Of a DNA stretch of 64,000 nucleotides, positions 27,147 through 35,489 are shown in pieces; within the stretch, counting starts at the first letter, position 1; every line of letters starts with the position of its first letter. Source of the stretch: Candidatus Eubacterium faecipullorum (GTDB lineage: Bacteria > Bacillota > Clostridia > Oscillospirales > Acutalibacteraceae); the NCBI GenBank assembly GCA_019114085.1, contig DXGE01000024.1, forward strand, positions 4,227 through 68,226, written 5' to 3'. A model generated the notes under the pieces. It was not told where the DNA came from, made no database searches, and saw only the letters and a list, made by a program, of their open reading frames with translations. The position numbers were made by a program, and so were the translations under genes.

Positions 27147-27955
27147 AAAGTGTTTTTTCAAAAGAGCGCTTTGTAACGGTGCTTGCCGCATTTGCAGTGC
27201 TTGCGGGTGCGGTCATAAGGTGTATTCTGCTCAGCGGTGCCGTTCCGGCTGCCGAAAGCAATGATCTGTCATTGTGTTTTTATATTTGTTTTGCTGCGGG
27301 CATACTCCTTTTTGCAGCGTCCTCTTTCATGCTGTTTTCCGGAAAGACCGATACAGTCGGTCCATCTCTGGAAAGCGGTATGTTTTTGCCATGTATTTTA
27401 GGCGCTGCGGGTGTGTTTTGTGATTTTATATACCAGTGCCTCAGCTGCTATGATTATGTGTCGCGCACAGCATATCCGGCTGCAAATCGCATTGTTCCCA
27501 TGATCGCCTGCGCGGTGTTCGCGCTGCTCAGCTGCGCGTATTTCATTGTTTTAAGCATTTGCTCGCGTTCCCGCAGTTTTGATCTTGGTAGGCTCCGGCT
27601 GCTTTGCTTTACGCCGCTTCTTTGGGCGTTTTGCCATGTTTTGCTTGGGCTTACGGAGTATGAAAGCGCTTATAATGATACGGAAAGCGCGTTGAAATAT
27701 ATAACGCTCATTTTCGGCCTTTTGTTTTTCTTTTTACTTGCGGCGCAAAAAGAAGGTGCAAAAGCGAACGGGTCGCTTGCGTTTTTCGGATTTGCATATT
27801 CCTCTATGTGCTTTGTTTGTGCAGCGCCCCGTATCATCGCTTATGCTTTGGGCGCGCAGCTTCCGCAGGCGGGCTATTTTTCCGTTTCGTTTCTTTTGGT
27901 CGGTGTCTTCGCGTTTGCCGCGGCAGCTGAAATCTCTTTTAAAAAGAAGGTTTGA
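27143..27955 (+). CDS. polytopic membrane protein, function unknown
   Basis: At 270 aa it has about 7 hydrophobic helices. Its GTG start overlaps the citrate synthase stop (GTGA). Confidence 0.55.
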   Translation: MKSVFSKERFVTVLAAFAVLAGAVIRCILLSGAVPAAESNDLSLCFYICFAAGILLFAASSFMLFSGKTDTVGPSLESGMFLPCILGAAGVFCDFIYQCLSCYDYVSRTAYPAANRIVPMIACAVFALLSCAYFIVLSICSRSRSFDLGRLRLLCFTPLLWAFCHVLLGLTEYESAYNDTESALKYITLIFGLLFFFLLAAQKEGAKANGSLAFFGFAYSSMCFVCAAPRIIAYALGAQLPQAGYFSVSFLLVGVFAFAAAAEISFKKKV

Positions 27956-28890
27956 ATTTGTTTCTTGAAAACCTGAAAACCATCGCTGTTCAGGTGCTTA
28001 TACTGTATCTGATTGCCGGCGTCGGCTTTGCGGCGGATAAAAGCGGCATCTTTACACGTGAAGATGCAAAGCGCGTTATCAATCTTCTTTTTAATCTGAT
28101 CCTGCCCATTGCCGTTATTCGCAGCTTTGCAAATATAGAATATTCAAAGGAGCATGTGCGCGGTCTTTTCGTTGCGTTTCTTTGCGCTGCGGCTACGCAC
28201 CTTTTCGGGGTCGCTATATCCGCTTTAACATTCCGAAAAAGAAAAAGCCTGCTTGAAAAGGGTCTTTTCCATTACGGCACCGTGTTTTCTAACGCCGCGT
28301 TTCTCGCCCTGCCGCTTGCCCAAAGCGTGATCGGTGACGAGGGCGTGTTCTATTGCTCCGTCTATATCGGCGTGTTCAATATTTTTGCCTTTACTTACGG
28401 GATTTATGAGATCAGCGGCAGAAAGGCAAAGATCAATATTAAAAAAATATTTTTGAACCCCGGTTCAATATCCGTTCTTATCGGCGTCCCTCTCTTTCTG
28501 CTCAGGGTAAAGCTGCCGTATATTATCGATTATCCTATGCAGCTTGCGGGCAGTATCAATTCGCCCCTTGCCATGATTATCTTCGGCACCTTCCTTGCAA
28601 ATGCGAATTTTAAAAATCTTTTTATAAAGAAAGAGCTGTATTTTGTTTCTTTTTTAAGGCTTGTTTTTATACCGGTAGTTATGACTCTGTTTTTCAGGCT
28701 CTGCGGCGTCACGGGCGATCTTCTGACCGCCATGGCAATCTCCGCCTCCGCCCCAACGGCAACCAATACCGCAATGTATGCTGCAAAGTACGATAATGAC
28801 GCCGGCCTCGGCTCGGAGATCGCCGCCCAGTCAAGCGTGCTTTCCGTTGTAACCATGCCGGTCATTGTTGCCGTTTCTTCTGTTTTGTAA
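27952..28890 (+). CDS. AEC (auxin efflux carrier) family transporter
   Basis: A 312-aa protein with the typical AEC two-domain membrane topology. The start is TTG at 27952 or 27958. Confidence 0.8.
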   Translation: MNLFLENLKTIAVQVLILYLIAGVGFAADKSGIFTREDAKRVINLLFNLILPIAVIRSFANIEYSKEHVRGLFVAFLCAAATHLFGVAISALTFRKRKSLLEKGLFHYGTVFSNAAFLALPLAQSVIGDEGVFYCSVYIGVFNIFAFTYGIYEISGRKAKINIKKIFLNPGSISVLIGVPLFLLRVKLPYIIDYPMQLAGSINSPLAMIIFGTFLANANFKNLFIKKELYFVSFLRLVFIPVVMTLFFRLCGVTGDLLTAMAISASAPTATNTAMYAAKYDNDAGLGSEIAAQSSVLSVVTMPVIVAVSSVL

Positions 28891-29024
28891 AAAAAATATT
28901 ACTTTCAGGATAATAAATTTATCCGTTTTGTTAATTTTATTTTAATTTAATTTTAATCTCCACATTTCGCGTTTATTTTGCGTTATAATGAACAAGAAGT
29001 TTATACTTTTCATTTTTCCTCATG

Positions 29025-29058
29025 CACCGGGTACGCCCGCGCCGCGGTGTGTTTTTGT
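29025..29058 (+). terminator. terminator-like GC-rich hairpin with U-tract in the gap upstream of darA
   Basis: CACCG...CGGTG encloses a GC-rich arm and is followed by TGTTTTTGT. It is either the AEC gene terminator or a leader attenuator. Confidence 0.4.
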
Positions 29059-29084
29059 CGGCGGGCGGAAGGGTTATGATTTTT

Positions 29085-29408
29085 ATGAAATTAATAATTG
29101 CCATCGTTTCCAACAAGGATGTTGAGAATGTATTTGAGAATTTAAGCAAATCCGGCTTTCGCGCCACAAAGATCTCAACCATGGGTCAGTTCCTTGAGGG
29201 CGGCCACACAAGCCTGTTTATAGGTATTGAAGACAGTAAGGTCGATGAGGCTTTTGATGTTCTTCAGAGCTCCGTAACCAAGCGTATCGTAAAACAGCAC
29301 GGTGTGCAGAGCACGCTCAAAGGCACGCTTTTAAAGCAGCCTGTTGATGTTGAGGAATTCGGCGGTATCGCCTTTGTTATAAACGTAGAGGAATTTAAAA
29401 AGTTTTAA
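29085..29408 (+). CDS. darA: cyclic-di-AMP receptor, PII-like (YaaQ/DarA)
   Basis: MKLIIAIVSNKDVENVFENLSKSGFRATKISTMGQFLEGGHTSLFIGIED closely resembles B. subtilis YaaQ. The yaaQ-holB-yaaT neighbourhood is conserved. Confidence 0.9.
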   Translation: MKLIIAIVSNKDVENVFENLSKSGFRATKISTMGQFLEGGHTSLFIGIEDSKVDEAFDVLQSSVTKRIVKQHGVQSTLKGTLLKQPVDVEEFGGIAFVINVEEFKKF

Positions 29409-29410
29409 AT

Positions 29411-30388
29411 ATGAATTTTACATATTTTAAAGGCAATGAAAATTTGAAACGGCGCATCTCCGCTCTTTTTTCGTCTTCCAGGCTGCCGCATGCAATCTTG
29501 ATAGAGGGGGAGAACGGGCTGGGCAAGAAAACGCTTGCGCGCGAGATAGCCTGTGCGCTTGTCTGCCGTTCGGGTGCGGATAAGCCCTGCTACGCCTGTT
29601 CGCAGTGCGTAAAGGCACTGAAGGGCGTTCATCCCGATATATATGAATACTGCGCGCCCGGCAGTGCAAATTCTTTCCATATCAGCACGGTGCGCAGCGT
29701 CATAAAGGATTGCGCCGTTATTCCGAATGAGGCAGATTACAAGGTCTATATCCTTGCAAACGCCCATTGTATGAATAACGCGGCGCAAAACGCGCTTCTA
29801 AAGATTTTAGAGGAGCCGCCTGCTTATGCGGTGTTTATTTTGACGGCGCAAAACAGATCCGCCATGCTGGAGACTATACTGTCCCGCGTGGTGTGTGTAA
29901 GTGTTCAGGGCGTTTCGCCGGAGGAGGGGGCGCAGATCGTCGTTTCACAAAACAGCGATGTATCTTTTGAAGAGGCGCGCAGCGCCGTGCTCACATTCGG
30001 CGGCAACGTAGGCAAGGCGCTTGAAAGCCTTGCCGGCGGTAAATTTGAGGAGATGCTTGCCCTTGCAGACGGTGTCTGCGGCGGCATTGCGGGCGGCAGC
30101 GAATATGAGCTGCTTAAGACTCTGAGTCCGCTCGTTTCCAGCAGGCAGGATACCGCCGCGCTTTTGGCTATGCTCAAAACCGTTTTTCGGGACGCTCTTG
30201 CAGGCGGCGAGGCGCTTTCCGGCAGGGTGGAGAGCGTTAAGCTGTTGCGCCGCAGTTTTACAAGAAAAAAACTGCTTGGGCTTTTTGAAGCCAGCGAGGC
30301 GCTGTATGATATGGCGCTGAAAAACGCCAATCAGCAGCTGCTTATAACAAAGATCTGCTGCACGCTCAGAGAAGCTGCCGGCAGATAG
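29411..30388 (+). CDS. holB: DNA polymerase III subunit delta'
   Basis: It has HAILIEGENGLGK (degenerate P-loop), a CxxCxxC zinc module (CYACSQC) and the SRV box (ILSRV). Confidence 0.9.
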   Translation: MNFTYFKGNENLKRRISALFSSSRLPHAILIEGENGLGKKTLAREIACALVCRSGADKPCYACSQCVKALKGVHPDIYEYCAPGSANSFHISTVRSVIKDCAVIPNEADYKVYILANAHCMNNAAQNALLKILEEPPAYAVFILTAQNRSAMLETILSRVVCVSVQGVSPEEGAQIVVSQNSDVSFEEARSAVLTFGGNVGKALESLAGGKFEEMLALADGVCGGIAGGSEYELLKTLSPLVSSRQDTAALLAMLKTVFRDALAGGEALSGRVESVKLLRRSFTRKKLLGLFEASEALYDMALKNANQQLLITKICCTLREAAGR

Positions 30389-30404
30389 GAGGATCGTGTA
30401 ATCA

Positions 30405-31283
30405 ATGACAGATATAGTTTCCGTTCGTTTTAAGGATTCGGGCAAGATCTATTATTTCTCGCCCGGCGAATATAAGATAAGCCCCGGCGAATACGTTATT
30501 GTTGAGACCGCAAGGGGCGTTGAATGCGCAAAGGCGGTCAGCGGTAATAAAACGGTCGAGGAAAACGCTATCGTTTCGCCGCTTAAGCCCGTTTTGCGCG
30601 TTGCCACAAAGCAGGATATAGAAACACTTGAAAACAACAGGTTCAAGGAAAAGGAAGCATATGAGATATGCAGCCGTAAGATCAAGGAGCATGGCCTGGA
30701 TATGAGCCTTTCCGAGGTGGAGTATTCATTCGACGGTTCCAAGATCACTTTCTATTTTACTGCAGACGGCAGGGTGGATTTCAGAGAGCTTGTCAAAGAC
30801 CTTGCCGCCACGTTCCGCACACGGATAGAATTAAGGCAGATCGGTGTGCGTGACGAGGCTAAAATGATCGGCGGGCTCGGTATATGCGGCAGGCCGTTTT
30901 GCTGTTCCACTTTTTTAAAGGATTTTCATTCCGTTTCCATAAAAATGGCGAAATCACAGGGAATCAGCCTTTCTCCCGGCAAGATAAGCGGCAGCTGCGG
31001 CAGACTCATGTGCTGCCTGCAATATGAGCAGAATTCGTATGATTATCTTGAAAAGATAACCCCTCGCCGCGGCAGCATCGTAGACTGTAAGGAGGGCAGG
31101 GGAACGGTTGTGGATTATTCGCTGATCACAGGCAAGCTCAAGGTTATGCTGGACAGCTCTGTAGAGGGCGCAGCCCCCGTGATCGTCAACAGGGAAGAAT
31201 GCGTTGTTGTTTCCCCGTCAGGCTCCCGCCGCGGTGATCCTAAAAAGAATACTGCAAAATCCAAAACCGGTGACGAGAGCTGA
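30405..31283 (+). CDS. ricT: PSP1-domain protein RicT/YaaT
   Basis: It has a PSP1 C-terminal domain (FRELVKDLA...RIELRQIG) and Cys cluster GRPFCCSTFL...GRLMCC. The position after holB is conserved. Confidence 0.9.
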   Translation: MTDIVSVRFKDSGKIYYFSPGEYKISPGEYVIVETARGVECAKAVSGNKTVEENAIVSPLKPVLRVATKQDIETLENNRFKEKEAYEICSRKIKEHGLDMSLSEVEYSFDGSKITFYFTADGRVDFRELVKDLAATFRTRIELRQIGVRDEAKMIGGLGICGRPFCCSTFLKDFHSVSIKMAKSQGISLSPGKISGSCGRLMCCLQYEQNSYDYLEKITPRRGSIVDCKEGRGTVVDYSLITGKLKVMLDSSVEGAAPVIVNREECVVVSPSGSRRGDPKKNTAKSKTGDES

Positions 31284-31346
31284 AAAAATTAGCCTGTACT
31301 AACTTCATTTACCACTTGCAAAATACTTTTTTTGTGTTATATTAGT

Positions 31347-31370
31347 AATTGAAAGAGGTAACTTTCAATT
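31347..31370. promoter_or_regulatory. 9-bp perfect inverted repeat between promoter and ferredoxin RBS
   Basis: AATTGAAAG-AGGTAA-CTTTCAATT lies downstream of the TTGCAA...TATATT promoter-like elements. Confidence 0.4.
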
Positions 31371-31391
31371 ATTTATAGGAGGTGTATCTAA

Positions 31392-31565
31392 ATGGCATAT
31401 AAGATTTCAGATGATTGCATTTCTTGCGGCGCTTGCGCGGCTGAATGTCCTGTAAACGCTATTTCAGAGGGTGACGGTAAGTTTGAGATTGACGCAGATA
31501 CCTGTATCGAATGCGGCTCATGCGCAAACGTTTGCCCTGTCGGCGCTCCTGCTCTTGATGAGTAA
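31392..31565 (+). CDS. fdx: 2x[4Fe-4S] clostridial-type ferredoxin (57 aa, not in ORF track)
   Basis: An AGGAGG RBS is present. The product MAYKISDDCISCGACAAECPVNAISEGDGKFEIDADTCIECGSCANVCPVGAPALDE contains two CxxCxxCxxxCP motifs. Confidence 0.95.
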   Translation: MAYKISDDCISCGACAAECPVNAISEGDGKFEIDADTCIECGSCANVCPVGAPALDE

Positions 31566-31589
31566 GATTTGCAGATTTACATAAAATGA

Positions 31590-31621
31590 AAGCTGTCGGT
31601 CTCCCGGCAGCTTGTTTTTTT
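31590..31621 (+). terminator. intrinsic terminator after ferredoxin
   Basis: The stem AAGCTGTCGG/CCGGCAGCTT (one G-T) is followed by a G then T7. Confidence 0.85.
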
Positions 31622-31628
31622 GCAGATT

Positions 31629-32312
31629 TTAATGATTTGTTTTTTCGTATATGCCGATTACCTTTAGATTGCTCCCTTTTACGCTGAACTTTATCTCGTA
31701 GCCGGCATAGGACAATCCGTAGATCCTGTTTTCGTCATCCTGATATGCAGGCCGCGGGTCGTCGGCAAGGAGCTTCATCAGTGCTGTCCGTTTGCTTTCC
31801 GGCAGCTTTTCAAGCACTTCCTTATCGCATTGTACAGCAAGTGAATATTCTTTGTTTTCCTCTGCAAAGCCGCCGCTTGCGTGCGGCACGCTGTCGCTGT
31901 ACGCCACATACGGTTTTATATCGTATACCGGAGTGCCGCTCAGCATATCCGCGCCGCCTATAACAAGCGAACAGCGCCCGGCGGTTTTCCGTATCTCTTT
32001 GAGCGCCACGCAGGAAAGCGCCAGATTGTTCGGCCTGAAAGGAGATCTGCTTGCAAACACGCCTATGCGTGTGTTGCCGCCCAGCCTCGGCGGCCGCACG
32101 GTGGCGTGCTTTTCCTTTTTCTCATTTTCGGAAAAGCCCCATATCACCCATATGTGCGAAAACTGCTCAAGCCCTTTAAAATGGTCATAAGTGCAGTAAG
32201 GCTCGCGGAATTCTATGATTCCCTTCAGCTCTTCTATCCTGCCGCTCTGGCGCGGTATGCCGAATTTTTGGTCAAAATCCGTCTTTATGATTCCAATCGG
32301 TTCAATCTCCAT
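31629..32312 (-). CDS. trmO: tRNA (t6A37) methyltransferase TrmO (YaeB family)
   Basis: It has PIGIIKTDFDQKFGIPRQSG and the TsaA-like beta-barrel region. Confidence 0.85.
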   Translation of the reverse strand: MEIEPIGIIKTDFDQKFGIPRQSGRIEELKGIIEFREPYCTYDHFKGLEQFSHIWVIWGFSENEKKEKHATVRPPRLGGNTRIGVFASRSPFRPNNLALSCVALKEIRKTAGRCSLVIGGADMLSGTPVYDIKPYVAYSDSVPHASGGFAEENKEYSLAVQCDKEVLEKLPESKRTALMKLLADDPRPAYQDDENRIYGLSYAGYEIKFSVKGSNLKVIGIYEKTNH

Positions 32313-33691
32313 TTTTCTTCTCCGTAAAGTCTGAGCGAAGTTATCGATCTTGCCTTAAGCGTGATACTGCCGTCAAATCCCGCCCCGCATGTGTACGTAA
32401 AATCGTTTTGAGAATCGGTAACCGCAATATCCGCCGCTTTATATCCTCCGCCGATCTCAAGCGTGGTGCTTTCTCCCTCGTTAACGGCAATCATCGTTTT
32501 GCAGCCGTCCGGCGTTTGGAATAAAAATATGCGCAGCGCGTTTTCGTTTTTGCTTTCGCCCAAAACCGTGCTGCCTGCGGGCGCAAATTTTGTAAAATGT
32601 TTAAGCGCATAATATCTTTTGCATATCCTGTAATGGGAAAATCCGCCGCTGGCGCTCAGCAGACCGTCGGAGTAATCCAGTCCGTCTCCCCGCAGATCGG
32701 CTATCTGATTCACGGCGACCCAAGCCGTCCAGCTCTGCGCGCCGAGATCACACAGATCACGCCCGATAACGCGTGCCGCAATGAGCGCGCTTTCCATACT
32801 GTTGATGTCGTGCACGCAGGGTAGCTCGCACCACTCGCTCATATCAAAGCGGATATCTTTGTTGCGCAAAACCGTGTTTCGGTAGAATTCGCGGCGTATG
32901 GCTAAATCTTCGTCCGCATGGTATGAATGTATCGCAAATACGCCAAGATGCTTCATGATCAGCCTGTCCGATTTGAACAGGCGCAGGTATTCGCCGGTCA
33001 GCCCGCCGATCTCTCCGCTCTCCGGGCCGTACAGGTAAACGCCGTTTAAATTCCGCTCTTCAAGCTTTTCGGCAAAAATATGAAATACCTGCTTAACTTC
33101 TTCCGGCTCGTAATGGCACCCCTCCTGCCAAACGGTTTTTCCGCCCCATTTCCACTGGGGCTCGTTTATGGGGCTTATGTATTTTACGGGTATTCCGTCC
33201 TCAATAAAATGCTGCGTTATATCCAGAAAATAATCCGCGTATCGTTCATAGTTTGAAAGCGGCAGGTTGCAGGTGTGGTGAATCAGGCTGCCGCTTGCCT
33301 GCCCGCTGGAGGTAAAGGCATAGTGGGGCGAGTTGGCAAACAGTATAACCGTGTCCGCAGTGCCGTCCTTAACACAGCGCTTCATAAAGGCGTAGGCGTT
33401 TTTATCTCGCGTAAAATCATATTTGCCGCCGGCGGCGTCCTCGCCCTCGTCCGGCACAAAAAAGGATTCGCAGCGGCGCCAAGGGTCGGAAACACGGCAG
33501 TTTTCCTTGTCCCAGCCTGCGCCAAGATTGTATCTGTATATGTTTAGCCCAAGCCCGTCCTTGCCGTACAGCAGCGCGCACAGCTCCTTTGCCGTTTCTT
33601 CTTCGGCAACATTCTGGCTCCACCAGCAGGCGGAAGCCCCGTAGCCTTTTATGATCTGCCTTGTTTCTGCACCGTTAAGATCGATCTTCAT
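32285..33691 (-). CDS. glycoside hydrolase family 30
   Basis: At 468 aa it shows IKGYGASACWWSQ plus a (beta/alpha)8 domain and a C-terminal beta-sandwich, the GH30 pattern. Confidence 0.8.
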   Translation of the reverse strand: MKIDLNGAETRQIIKGYGASACWWSQNVAEEETAKELCALLYGKDGLGLNIYRYNLGAGWDKENCRVSDPWRRCESFFVPDEGEDAAGGKYDFTRDKNAYAFMKRCVKDGTADTVILFANSPHYAFTSSGQASGSLIHHTCNLPLSNYERYADYFLDITQHFIEDGIPVKYISPINEPQWKWGGKTVWQEGCHYEPEEVKQVFHIFAEKLEERNLNGVYLYGPESGEIGGLTGEYLRLFKSDRLIMKHLGVFAIHSYHADEDLAIRREFYRNTVLRNKDIRFDMSEWCELPCVHDINSMESALIAARVIGRDLCDLGAQSWTAWVAVNQIADLRGDGLDYSDGLLSASGGFSHYRICKRYYALKHFTKFAPAGSTVLGESKNENALRIFLFQTPDGCKTMIAVNEGESTTLEIGGGYKAADIAVTDSQNDFTYTCGAGFDGSITLKARSITSLRLYGEEKWRLNRLES

Positions 33692-33740
33692 AATAACTCA
33701 TAACCCCCGTGCGTTGCGGTTTGATTTCTGTATTTTGTAT

Positions 33741-34163
33741 TTAAAGCGTTTTACGCATATAGATGTGCGGGCAGTGTTCGTCCAGATAAACGTCGCCGCT
33801 CGCCTCAAAGCCCAACGTTTCATAAAACCCTCTTGCCCTGCACTGCGCGGAAAGCTCGCAGCTTTCGGCGCCAAGCTCTTTTGCCTTTGCAAGCAGCGCG
33901 TCCATGATCTTTCTTCCGCATCCGTGTTTTCTGTATTCCTTTATAACAGCCATTCTTCCTATATGGTAGCTTTTACCGCCGTTTTCGGTAAACATTCTTG
34001 CCGTGCCCACGGCTTTGCCGTCCGAAAAAAGCACGGCGTGCAGGCTGCTTTTATCTGTTTCGTCAAATTCGTCATGAAAGCCCTGTTCTTCAACAAAAAC
34101 GGTTTTTCTGATGCGCATTGCCTCCTCGGGCAGCTGCGTAAAAAGCTTTATTTCTTCCATCAT
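33741..34163 (-). CDS. GNAT family N-acetyltransferase
   Basis: A 140-aa protein with an acetyl-CoA binding motif (RKHGCGRKIMDALL). Confidence 0.85.
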   Translation of the reverse strand: MMEEIKLFTQLPEEAMRIRKTVFVEEQGFHDEFDETDKSSLHAVLFSDGKAVGTARMFTENGGKSYHIGRMAVIKEYRKHGCGRKIMDALLAKAKELGAESCELSAQCRARGFYETLGFEASGDVYLDEHCPHIYMRKTL

Positions 34164-34229
34164 ATCACACCTTTTTTAATACTCTAACTATAGCATTATT
34201 TTAAAAATCAATCAATAGATAATATTATC

Positions 34230-34258
34230 TTGCATTTTTATTCATTTTGTAGTAGAAT
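34230..34258 (+). promoter_or_regulatory. sigma-A-like promoter for the amino-acid ABC operon leader
   Basis: TTGCAT, a 17-nt spacer, then TAGAAT. It predicts a ~220-nt leader. Confidence 0.55.
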
Positions 34259-34271
34259 TATTAATCATTAT

Positions 34272-34309
34272 ATCATGTCGGCGAGCGCGCAAGTGCGAGC
34301 CGGGATGAT
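34272..34309 (+). promoter_or_regulatory. 38-nt leader hairpin with GNRA loop and tandem G-A internal loop
   Basis: The sequence is AUCAU-G-UCGGC-GA-GCGC-GCAA-GUGC-GA-GCCGG-G-AUGAU. It is symmetric with a GCAA tetraloop. Confidence 0.5.
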
Positions 34310-34367
34310 ACAATGTTCTCCGAAATAATCCAAATCTTTGATTTGGCTATTATTTCGAGAGGTTATT
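34309..34367 (+). repeat. leader hairpin unit 1 (tandem duplicate, 100-nt period)
   Basis: The 59 nt are nearly identical to 34409-34467. They form a long imperfect hairpin around CCAAAUC-UUU-GAUUUGG. Confidence 0.8.
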
Positions 34368-34408
34368 ATACCGCAAGCGTAAGGCAAGAATTGTCGCCGG
34401 ACGTGTGG

Positions 34409-34467
34409 TACAATGTTCTCCGAAATAATCCAAATCTTTGATTTGGTCATTGTTTTGAGAGGTTATT
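34409..34467 (+). repeat. leader hairpin unit 2, ends 19 nt before the SBP start codon
   Basis: See unit 1. It is followed by UUAUUUUACU and the AAAAGGAG RBS. Confidence 0.8.
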
Positions 34468-34485
34468 TTACTAAAAGGAGAAGAA

Positions 34486-35376
34486 ATGATGAAAAAAGTA
34501 CTTAAGATCATGTCCGTGCTTCTTGCTGTAGCGGTTGTAGCTGTTTCTTTCGCAGCCTGCTCAGACTCAACGGATGATGCAAGCAACACAAACGGCGGTG
34601 CTGATACGCAGGCGGTAAAGGTAATTGACATCAACCTTTCCGATGAGGAATATGCTTTCGGCGTGGACAAGAATCAGCCCGAACTTATGGAAGAGGCAAA
34701 CGCCCTTATTGCCGAGATCAAGGCAGACGGCACGCTGGATGAGATCTGCAACCGTTATTTCGGCGGCGGCACTCCCGTAGGCGTTACCTCCGCGGCGCTT
34801 GATACCTCAAAGGATCAGCTCGTTGTTGCAACGAATGCGGAATTTGAACCTTTTGAATACAAGAGCGGCGATACTTTCTATGGCATTGATATGGAGATCG
34901 CGCAGCTCCTTGCAGACCGTCTCGGCAAGGAACTCGTTATTCAGGATATGAACTTTGACGCCGTTGTTCTTTCCGTTCAGCAGCAGCAGTGCGATATCGC
35001 TATGGCAGGCCTTACTGTTTCAGAGGAAAGGGCGCAGCAGGTTGATTTCACGGAATCTTATTATGAAGCTTCTCAGAAGCTCATCGTCAGGGGCGACGAC
35101 ACCACATTCGACGCCTGCACAGACAAAGCTTCGGTAGACGCTATTCTTAACGGCTTGGATTCTTCTGTAAAGATCGGCGGTCAGAACGGTACAACAGGTC
35201 AGTCCTATGTACAGGGCAGCGAGGATCTTGGATTTGCAGGCCTTCAGGCTCAGTTCGTTGGCTATCAGAGCGGTTCGCTTGCGGTAAATGACCTTATCAA
35301 CGGCAATGTTGATTACGTTATTATCGACGCCGCTCCGGCAGAGGCTATCGTTTCCTCCATTAATGCCGTAAACTGA
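34486..35376 (+). CDS. amino-acid ABC transporter substrate-binding lipoprotein (family 3 SBP)
   Basis: It has a signal peptide with lipobox SFAAC and family motifs such as VVATNAEFEPFEY and GIDMEIA. Confidence 0.9.
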   Translation: MMKKVLKIMSVLLAVAVVAVSFAACSDSTDDASNTNGGADTQAVKVIDINLSDEEYAFGVDKNQPELMEEANALIAEIKADGTLDEICNRYFGGGTPVGVTSAALDTSKDQLVVATNAEFEPFEYKSGDTFYGIDMEIAQLLADRLGKELVIQDMNFDAVVLSVQQQQCDIAMAGLTVSEERAQQVDFTESYYEASQKLIVRGDDTTFDACTDKASVDAILNGLDSSVKIGGQNGTTGQSYVQGSEDLGFAGLQAQFVGYQSGSLAVNDLINGNVDYVIIDAAPAEAIVSSINAVN

Positions 35377-35400
35377 TAAGCGGAATATCTGATTTAAACG

Positions 35401-35434
35401 ACCTCGCCCGTTCTGCAACGGGTGAGGCTGTTTT
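35401..35434 (+). terminator. intercistronic terminator-like hairpin after the SBP gene
   Basis: An 11-bp stem CCUCGCCCGUU-CUGC-AACGGGUGAGG (one G-U) is followed by CUGUUUUAAG. Confidence 0.5.
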
Positions 35435-35489
35435 AAGTTGCCGGGTATCAGCCGTTTAAAACCATATTGTGTTTGACTCCCGGCAACTT
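35435..35489. repeat. palindromic repeat element, family 2, copy B (intact 13-bp termini)
   Basis: TTAAGTTGCCGGG...CCCGGCAACTTAA flanks a 33-nt core. It is the reverse complement of 25700-25754. Confidence 0.75.

Noticed and set aside
29022-29084. An upstream ATG at 29022 as the darA start, adding 21 residues.
   Set aside because: It has no RBS, and the added residues (MHRVRPRRGVFLSAGGRVMIF) are translated from the GC-rich hairpin. DarA/YaaQ orthologues begin MKLI.
34265-34485. The ABC operon leader as a T-box or another known riboswitch (SAM, lysine, glycine, ykkC/ppGpp, glutamine).
   Set aside because: There is no Stem I of adequate size, no specifier loop and no T-box sequence. UGGUACAAUG resembles only part of GGUGGUACCGCG. 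None of the conserved cores of the other classes that I can recall is present. The leader is kept as an unassigned finding instead.
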